Below are positions 57,649-64,000 of a stretch of DNA of 64,000 nucleotides, one piece after another. Origin of the DNA: an uncultured bacterium (GTDB lineage Bacteria; Bacteroidota; Bacteroidia; Chitinophagales; Chitinophagaceae); the NCBI GenBank assembly GCA_963977985.1, contig CAXBQH010000004.1, positions 38,686-102,685 of the forward strand, read 5' to 3'. Made by a program: the position numbers and the translations under genes. How positions within the stretch are numbered: position 1 is the first letter of the stretch; the number at the start of each line of letters is the position of its first letter. The notes under the pieces were generated by a model, which saw nothing but the letters and a program-made list of their open reading frames with translations, did not search any database and was not told the origin of the DNA.

Positions 57649-59037
57649 TTATGTTCCGGGGGGTTGAAAAATTTCTGCATAAGCCATAAGCAATAATAAG
57701 GATTGTAAAGGAGCTTCAAGATTTCCTTTAGTCACCATTTGACTTGGTTTTTTATATCCACTAATGGCCATTACTATTATTTTATCTACCAGTATAGTGG
57801 TAATATTGTTTTCATAATTCAGTTGAATAGAAAATTCGTGGTTCATTGCCTTACCACTAATGACTCTAGTGTGAATGATGGGTTGTTTGGCATAAAAGGT
57901 ACCTAAAGGAGCAATACGAGTGGAATCATATCCATTGTATATAATATCTGGGTAGTAAAATTTATTTTCTTCTTTTACAAATTCTTTTACTGTAAAATAT
58001 CCAATACTGTCTTTGTCTTGAAATATACGATGGGTAATTTCAGGTAAAAATTCTATAGCCCATTTTGGTTTATTGTCGGTCAATATGGGTTCTGCATTGA
58101 ATTCAATATAAGCATCAAGGGAAAAATCGATATTATTTTTAATATCACGAAGAGGTTGTAAGATTTGATAGTACTCGCTTTTGTTAAAAAAAGGCCTTGT
58201 TTTTCTAATAACGCTTATGATATCTTTATAAGGATTATTTTCAGCTCTGTCTTTTTGATTTATTCTTTTTAAAATAGCAGTAGGCATTCTTAAAGCGTGC
58301 ATACCTCCCTGATCGTTAAAAGAAATAAAGGATTTGCTTGTATCAAAAATAATTCTTGGGGTATTATGAACAAAAGGCATCCAGTAATTATCGGTAGCAA
58401 AAGCAGCTGGAATTTTAACATCGATATAATCTAGATCATCTCCTTGCGCATCTAAATAATTCATTGACTTGGCAATGGCATTGAAAAGTAAAGAGGGAAG
58501 ACTAGGGGAAGTTTTAATGGTGTATCCTATGCCTAAAGAGTTAATAGGGGTGAAGCCTAATAATATGGTTTTTTGAAAAACTCGTTCTTGTTTCAAATTA
58601 AAAATGGAACAAGCTATGAACCAAATGGAATGTATGCTATCTTTTTTTGCATCTGAAAATTTCACTAAGTCATTTTTATAAGCGTATTCAGGATCCATTT
58701 CATACATTTCAATATAAGCGTGATAGGGAATATCTCTGCTAGCTGTCCAATCAATTTTTATTTTACCTGCTTGACTTGGTTTTGTAAGTTTTAAATTAAG
58801 TGTAGGATATTCTTTTACTCTTTGCATTTTTAATGAAGCAAATAGACTGGTATCCAAAGCTTCTAAAAATGGATTGATATTTGATGGAATTTGCCAGTAG
58901 TTAGCGCTGGGGTTAATATAAGAAAAGGCTTGCATTTGTTCCACCACCACCAAGGGCTTAGTAATATTTTGAGCACGCACAGCACTCGAAAAAAATAATA
59001 CATAAAGAAATAATGCCGTGACGAAAGTGGGCTTCAT
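57649..59037 (-). CDS. Secreted hypothetical protein, no recognised domain
   Basis: 462-aa open frame, signal peptide VRA-Q, upstream TAAATTTG element at 59059-59066. Confidence 0.75.
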   Translation of the reverse strand: MKPTFVTALFLYVLFFSSAVRAQNITKPLVVVEQMQAFSYINPSANYWQIPSNINPFLEALDTSLFASLKMQRVKEYPTLNLKLTKPSQAGKIKIDWTASRDIPYHAYIEMYEMDPEYAYKNDLVKFSDAKKDSIHSIWFIACSIFNLKQERVFQKTILLGFTPINSLGIGYTIKTSPSLPSLLFNAIAKSMNYLDAQGDDLDYIDVKIPAAFATDNYWMPFVHNTPRIIFDTSKSFISFNDQGGMHALRMPTAILKRINQKDRAENNPYKDIISVIRKTRPFFNKSEYYQILQPLRDIKNNIDFSLDAYIEFNAEPILTDNKPKWAIEFLPEITHRIFQDKDSIGYFTVKEFVKEENKFYYPDIIYNGYDSTRIAPLGTFYAKQPIIHTRVISGKAMNHEFSIQLNYENNITTILVDKIIVMAISGYKKPSQMVTKGNLEAPLQSLLLLMAYAEIFQPPGT

Positions 59038-59140
59038 AATTATTACAAAATATTAAGTCAAATTTAGTTTATTTAATGTACTAAGCTTGAATATTTATTT
59101 TAACTTCATTTATAGAAATTGTTAAAAAGTAGAAGAACTT

Positions 59141-59878
59141 ATGAAATCAGTAGCTAAGCAAAGAATTATTCCAGCATTTAAACAATTTGACTTAGAAGGT
59201 CCCAAGCCTAGGGTCAATGAATTTTTATTTGCGCTTCAAATTTTTGTTGAATTTATCAAAGGATTTAGAACCTTACATTTCGTAGGTCCTAGTGTCACCG
59301 TTTTTGGCTCTGCAAGATTTGATGAAAATCATAAGTATTATAAAATGGCAAGAGAAATGGGCAAGCGTATTGCTCAATTGGGTTTTACTACTATGACTGG
59401 AGGAGGCCCTGGCATTATGGAGGCAGCGAATAGAGGTGCTTTTGAAAATTCAGGACATTCTGTGGGTTGTAATATAAAATTGCCTTTTGAACAATCACCT
59501 AATCCCTACACACAAACTTCTATTACTTTTTCTTATTTTTTTATTCGAAAAGTTTTATTGGTAAAATATTCTTATGCTTTTATTATTATGCCTGGTGGTT
59601 TTGGTACCCAAGATGAATTTTTTGAAACTTTGACTTTAGCACAAACGAAAGTCATCAATGATTTTCCCATTGTGGTGATGGGTAAAGAATATTACGAACC
59701 GTTTCATCAATGGGTAGATCAAATGATAGCAGCAGGCACCATTGGACAGGAGGATAAAAAATTTATGTTATTTACGGATAGTGTGGATGAAGCTATGGAA
59801 CACATAAGTAAATATGTTCGTAAAAATTATACAGTCAAACCAAGAAAGCGCTTATGGTGGTTATTTGAAAAAGTATAA
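59141..59878 (+). CDS. TIGR00730/LOG family Rossmann-fold nucleosidase
   Basis: VFGSAR, TGGGPGIMEAANRGA, FFIRK, PGGFGTQDE. Confidence 0.92.
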   Translation: MKSVAKQRIIPAFKQFDLEGPKPRVNEFLFALQIFVEFIKGFRTLHFVGPSVTVFGSARFDENHKYYKMAREMGKRIAQLGFTTMTGGGPGIMEAANRGAFENSGHSVGCNIKLPFEQSPNPYTQTSITFSYFFIRKVLLVKYSYAFIIMPGGFGTQDEFFETLTLAQTKVINDFPIVVMGKEYYEPFHQWVDQMIAAGTIGQEDKKFMLFTDSVDEAMEHISKYVRKNYTVKPRKRLWWLFEKV

Positions 59879-59898
59879 AATAGAAACCATTTTTATAT

Positions 59899-62610
59899 TT
59901 AATCTAGCACAGGTTGTAACCATCTAGTGATATACTCCAAAGGCTTATTTTTTCTTTGCGTATAATCTAGTACTTGATCTTGACTAATTTTACCCACTCC
60001 AAAATATTGACTTTGTGGATGAGCAAAATACCAACCACAAACACTAGAAGCTGGATACATAGCAAGGCTCTCTGTTAATTGAATACCTGTATTTTTTTCT
60101 GTTTCTAATAAATCAAATAAAGTATATTTTTCTGTGTGGTCTGGGCAGGCGGGGTAACCAGGTGCTGGGCGAATACCTACATATTGTTCCTCAATCAAAG
60201 AAGCATTTGTTAAATTTTCATCGGGAGCATAGCCCCAATACTCTTTTCTAGTTTTAGTGTGTAAATATTCTGCAAAAGCTTCTGCAAGTCGGTCGGCTAA
60301 AGCTTGCAAGATAATTTTGTTATAATCGTCTAAGTTTTCTTCAAATTTTTTGATATGCTTTTCAATACCGTGAATGGTCACTGCAAAAGCACCTATATAA
60401 TCTTCTTTATTTTCAGTAGCAGGGCAAATAAAATCGGCCAATGAAAAATTAGGTTGACCCGCAGTTTTTTTAGCTTGCTGTCTTAAAAAATGTAAAGCAA
60501 TTTTATCTTTTCCTTGTTGCACAAGCACATCGTCATTCTCTGCACTCGCTGGCCAGAAACCTACAACACCTTTGGCGCTTAACCATTTTTGTTCAATAAT
60601 TTGTGTGAGTAGTTTTTGTGCATCACTATATAATTTAGAAGCCACTTCTCCTACCACCGAATCGGTTAAGATAGCTGGAAAATTTCCGTGTAATTCCCAA
60701 GCAATAAAAAAAGGTTTCCAATCGATATAATCCACTAGTACCGATAGATTGTCTAACTCTATAGCTTTGTTGCCTGTAAATTGGGGCTTTACTGCTTTAA
60801 AATTTTTCCAATCAATGGCCACTTTATTTTCTAAGGCTTCTTTATAGCTAAGAGATTGTTTGGTTGTTTTTTTATTGTCAAAGTCGTTTTTTAAGGCCGC
60901 ATATGTTTTTTCTAAATCTTGTAAGAAGGGAGCTTTTTGATCTTTATTTAATAAAGAGCCTGCTACTGTTACACTTCTAGAAGCATCTAAAACGTGTATT
61001 ACCCCTTCACTATATTCGGGTGCAATCTTAACAGCTGTATGCATTCGAGAAGTAGTGGCTCCACCAATCATTAGTGGCATTGTCATACCTCTTCTTTTCA
61101 TTTCTTTGGCGATGTAAACCATTTCATCTAAAGAAGGTGTAATTAAACCACTGAGTCCAATAATATCAACCTGATGTTGCTGTGCTTGCTCTAAAATTTT
61201 ATCTGCAGGCACCATTACTCCTAAATCTATAATTTCATAACCATTACATCCCAATACTACACTCACAATATTTTTTCCAATATCGTGTACATCTCCTTTT
61301 ACAGTAGCTAATAAAATTTTAGCAGGGCCCTTGCTGGGTCCTTCAGCGTTTACGGAAACTAATTTCTTTTTTTCTTTTTCTGCTTCAATGAAGGGCGTTA
61401 AAAAAGCAACACTTTTTTTCATTACCCTTGCACTTTTTACCACCTGAGGTAAAAACATTTTTCCCGCTCCAAATAAATCACCCACCTGATTCATACCTGC
61501 CATTAGTGGACCTTCAATGACTTCTAAGGGTTCACTGTATTTTAATCTTGCTTCTTCTGTATCTGCTTCAATAAAATCGGTAATACCATTAATTAAAGAA
61601 TGTGCTAATCTTTCTTCAACGGATGTTTCTCTCCAAGCGGCACTTTTTACTTCTATTTTTCCTTTGGCTTTTACAGTATCAGCATATTGTATCAAAGCTT
61701 CAGTGGCTTCATTATTGCTATTATTTCTATTGAGTATGACATCCTCACATAAATTTCTTAAAGTGGGCTCAATTTCATCATACACTTCTAATTGACCAGC
61801 ATTGACAATGCCCATATCCATACCTGCTTTCACTGCGTGGTATAAAAATACAGCGTGGATAGCTTCTCTTACAGTATCGTTTCCTCTAAAGGAGAAAGAA
61901 ACATTTGAAACGCCACCACTTACTTTAGCCAAGGGCAATGTTTGTTTAATGACTCTGGTAGCTTCAATAAAATCAACTGCATAATTATTATGTTCTTCAA
62001 TGCCTGTAGCAATAGCAAAAATATTGGGATCAAATATGATGTCTTGAGGATTAAATCCTACTTGTTCTACTAAAATTTTATAGGCCCTAGTACATATTTG
62101 AATTTTACGATCCTTGGTATCGGCTTGACCTATTTCATCAAATGCCATTACAATAACTGCAGCCCCAAATGCTTTGCAGATATATGCCTGTTCAATAAAT
62201 TTGGCTTCTCCCTCTTTCATTGAAATGGAATTCACAATACATTTTCCTTGAACACATTTTAATCCCGCTTCAATGATTTCAAATTTAGAACTATCAATCA
62301 TAATGGGAATCTTGGCAATATCGGGTTCGCTTTGTACTAAATTTAAAAAAGTAGTCATAGCTTTTACGCCCTCTAGTAAAGCATCATCCATATTCACATC
62401 AATAATTTGAGCACCATTTTCAACTTGCTGTCTTGCTACCGATAATGCTTCTTCATATTTGTTCTCTCGAATTAATCTGGCGAATTTTTTAGAACCTGTT
62501 ACATTGGTTCTTTCTCCTACATTGACAAAATTGGTTTCAGGACGAATGACTAAGGGTTCTAATCCTGATAATCTTAAGTAAGGTTTAATATGTATTATTT
62601 CTTCACTCAT
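59899..62610 (-). CDS. metH: B12-dependent methionine synthase, C-terminal part (pterin-binding, cobalamin-binding and reactivation domains)
   Basis: [56 protein letters not shown]. Confidence 0.96.
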   Translation of the reverse strand: MSEEIIHIKPYLRLSGLEPLVIRPETNFVNVGERTNVTGSKKFARLIRENKYEEALSVARQQVENGAQIIDVNMDDALLEGVKAMTTFLNLVQSEPDIAKIPIMIDSSKFEIIEAGLKCVQGKCIVNSISMKEGEAKFIEQAYICKAFGAAVIVMAFDEIGQADTKDRKIQICTRAYKILVEQVGFNPQDIIFDPNIFAIATGIEEHNNYAVDFIEATRVIKQTLPLAKVSGGVSNVSFSFRGNDTVREAIHAVFLYHAVKAGMDMGIVNAGQLEVYDEIEPTLRNLCEDVILNRNNSNNEATEALIQYADTVKAKGKIEVKSAAWRETSVEERLAHSLINGITDFIEADTEEARLKYSEPLEVIEGPLMAGMNQVGDLFGAGKMFLPQVVKSARVMKKSVAFLTPFIEAEKEKKKLVSVNAEGPSKGPAKILLATVKGDVHDIGKNIVSVVLGCNGYEIIDLGVMVPADKILEQAQQHQVDIIGLSGLITPSLDEMVYIAKEMKRRGMTMPLMIGGATTSRMHTAVKIAPEYSEGVIHVLDASRSVTVAGSLLNKDQKAPFLQDLEKTYAALKNDFDNKKTTKQSLSYKEALENKVAIDWKNFKAVKPQFTGNKAIELDNLSVLVDYIDWKPFFIAWELHGNFPAILTDSVVGEVASKLYSDAQKLLTQIIEQKWLSAKGVVGFWPASAENDDVLVQQGKDKIALHFLRQQAKKTAGQPNFSLADFICPATENKEDYIGAFAVTIHGIEKHIKKFEENLDDYNKIILQALADRLAEAFAEYLHTKTRKEYWGYAPDENLTNASLIEEQYVGIRPAPGYPACPDHTEKYTLFDLLETEKNTGIQLTESLAMYPASSVCGWYFAHPQSQYFGVGKISQDQVLDYTQRKNKPLEYITRWLQPVLD

Positions 62611-62612
62611 AA

Positions 62613-63626
62613 TTAAATAGTTGGATCTAGTATAGGAATAGAACGGGGTACTAGATTTTTTACACTTTCAGCAATATGTTTGATATGATCAGGGGTGGTA
62701 CCGCAACAGCCACCTACAATATTTACAAATTTACTTTTAGCCCATTGCTCAATGAAATGAGCTGTTTGAGGAGGCTCTTCATCATATTCTCCCATTGCAT
62801 TGGGAAGTCCCGCATTGGGATAAGCCGAAGTATAACAAGTGGCTATTTGAGAAAGTTCTTCAATATGGCTGCGCATTTCTTTAGCACCTAAAGCACAGTT
62901 TAAACCCACACTTAAAGGTTTTGCGTGTTCCACAGAAGTATAAAAAGCGGCTAAGGTTTGACCACTTAAAGTTCTACCAGAAGCATCGGTAATAGTGCCA
63001 CTTATCATCATTGGTAATTCAGGCCTACCTTCTTTTCTACAAAATTCTTTCACTGCATAAATGGCTGCTTTGGCATTCAAGGTATCAAAAATGGTTTCAA
63101 TTAAAATCACATCCACGCCTGCATCTATGAGTCCGCGAATTTGTTCGGTATAAGCGGCAACCACTTCATCAAAACTAACGGCACGATAACCAGGGTTGTT
63201 TACATCCGGTGATAAGCTTAGCGTTTTATTCAAAGGTCCAATGGAGCCAGCAATATATTTTTCTGTGGCGTTGGGATATTTGCTTTGATACTGTTCAATT
63301 GCTGCCCTTACACATTTTACAGCTGCTACATTCAGTTCATATGCCAATGATTGCATATTATAATCTGCCATAGCAATTGAAGTGCTACTAAAAGTATTGG
63401 TTTCAATAATATCGGCCCCTGCTTCTAAATACTGTAAATGAATTCCAGTAATGATGTCGGGTTGAGTAATACACAATAAATCGTTATTGCCTTTGAGGTC
63501 AGTAGGCCAATCAGCAAAACGGTCACCGCGGTAATCGGCTTCAGTTAATTTATGGCGCTGAATCATAGTACCCATAGCACCATCTATGACCAATATTCTT
63601 TTTTTGAGCGTCTCTTGAATTGACAT
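62613..63626 (-). CDS. Methionine synthase N-terminal homocysteine S-methyltransferase domain (separate gene)
   Basis: DGAMGT, ETNTF, ETIFD, GLNC, PNAGLP, GGCCGT; start ATG 63626 or 63644. Confidence 0.95.
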   Translation of the reverse strand: MSIQETLKKRILVIDGAMGTMIQRHKLTEADYRGDRFADWPTDLKGNNDLLCITQPDIITGIHLQYLEAGADIIETNTFSSTSIAMADYNMQSLAYELNVAAVKCVRAAIEQYQSKYPNATEKYIAGSIGPLNKTLSLSPDVNNPGYRAVSFDEVVAAYTEQIRGLIDAGVDVILIETIFDTLNAKAAIYAVKEFCRKEGRPELPMMISGTITDASGRTLSGQTLAAFYTSVEHAKPLSVGLNCALGAKEMRSHIEELSQIATCYTSAYPNAGLPNAMGEYDEEPPQTAHFIEQWAKSKFVNIVGGCCGTTPDHIKHIAESVKNLVPRSIPILDPTI

Positions 63627-63708
63627 AAATAAATTTTTATGCATACATCCAAAAGAAATCGGAGTAACTAATAATACTATTGAAAAAAAGGGGAGGGTAA
63701 ATAGTATG

Positions 63709-63769
63709 GTTTATTAGTTCTTTTTTTTCCTTTCGGAAGGCAGGTTGAACAATAAACAAATCCACCTGC
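63709..63769 (-). ncRNA. Putative SAM-II/SAM-V-type riboswitch (H-type pseudoknot) upstream of the metH operon
   Basis: Minus strand: P1 GCAGGU/ACCUGC; loop GAUUU; loop GUUUAUU-GUUC pairs with 3' GAAC-U-AAUAAAC with one bulged U; located 5' of Met-synthesis genes and just after a promoter. Confidence 0.72.
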
Positions 63770-63779
63770 AATGCAGATG

Positions 63780-63811
63780 CAAAGTTAATACACTATTGTT
63801 TTACAGCCAAA
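63780..63811 (-). promoter_or_regulatory. Full Bacteroidota promoter: TTTG-N20-TAACTTTG
   Basis: -33 element at 63808-63811, -7 element at 63780-63787, 20-nt spacer. Confidence 0.75.
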
Positions 63812-63840
63812 TAATGCTTGCAGTATGAAACTAAAGTGGT

Positions 63841-64000
63841 TTAAGGATAAGTAGCTTTAATATCTACATTAATTTTATCTGCCACCATCTTAATAAGCAA
63901 TCCGCCTATATTAAAGTCCTTTAAAGTCACTGTAAATTGAGCAGTGGCAGTGGGAATCCCATTTTTAATTTCTATCACTGCGTTGGTTTGAAGGGATTTA
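63841..64000 (-). CDS. C-terminal end of a gene truncated by the window edge, probably YceI-like
   Basis: Manual translation ...KSLQTNAVIEIKNGIPTATAQFTVTLKDFNIGGLLIKMVADKINVDIKATYP*. Confidence 0.6.
   Translation of the reverse strand, partial: KSLQTNAVIEIKNGIPTATAQFTVTLKDFNIGGLLIKMVADKINVDIKATYP

Noticed and set aside
62610-62613. metH frameshift or pseudogene, or programmed frameshift
   Set aside because: Clean stop and start at a domain boundary, no slippery sequence, and the split form is known in the phylum
63645-63790. Cobalamin riboswitch or SAM-I upstream of metH
   Set aside because: Too short and lacks the B12 box and the SAM-I four-way junction motifs; the SAM-II-type core fits better
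1-64000. tRNA, rRNA, IS elements, integrases, prophage and defence islands
   Set aside because: None recognised; intergenic gaps are short and composition looks uniform

Overview
An AT-rich (roughly one-third GC by eye) chromosomal window from a Bacteroidota bacterium, most likely Chitinophagaceae-like. Support for this: gldC, bTHX, TAnnTTTG promoters, no Shine-Dalgarno sites and Gln at +1 after signal peptides. It is densely coding with about 70 genes, and I saw no rRNA, tRNA, CRISPR, IS or prophage. Core content: rsfS-ftsH-lutC-lpxH-mscS; an envelope super-operon (hydrolase, CBS, Omp85 paralogue, nadK, beta-barrel, uppS, bamA, skp x2, murI); rpmH (missed by the ORF track)-rnpA-yidD; sod; tadA; cdsA-psd; tatC; coaX-OMP-lptC; HU; xth; and a split metH. 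Five signals stand out. (1) An 8-gene divergent cluster resembling the non-hydrolytic 3-keto-glycoside degradation pathway, with no transporter or glycosidase, and a 7-unit ~15-nt tandem repeat upstream of its dehydrogenase. (2) A SAM-II-like pseudoknot riboswitch with an inserted GNRA hairpin and a visible competing helix upstream of metH. (3) Strong window-wide avoidance of CATG, enforced through codon choice. (4) A MerR-type HTH protein with an N-terminal QLDLF clamp-binding-like motif. (5) A bTHX protein with an Ala/Lys/Pro-rich tail next to HU. All product calls come from motif and family recognition by eye; no database searches were run.
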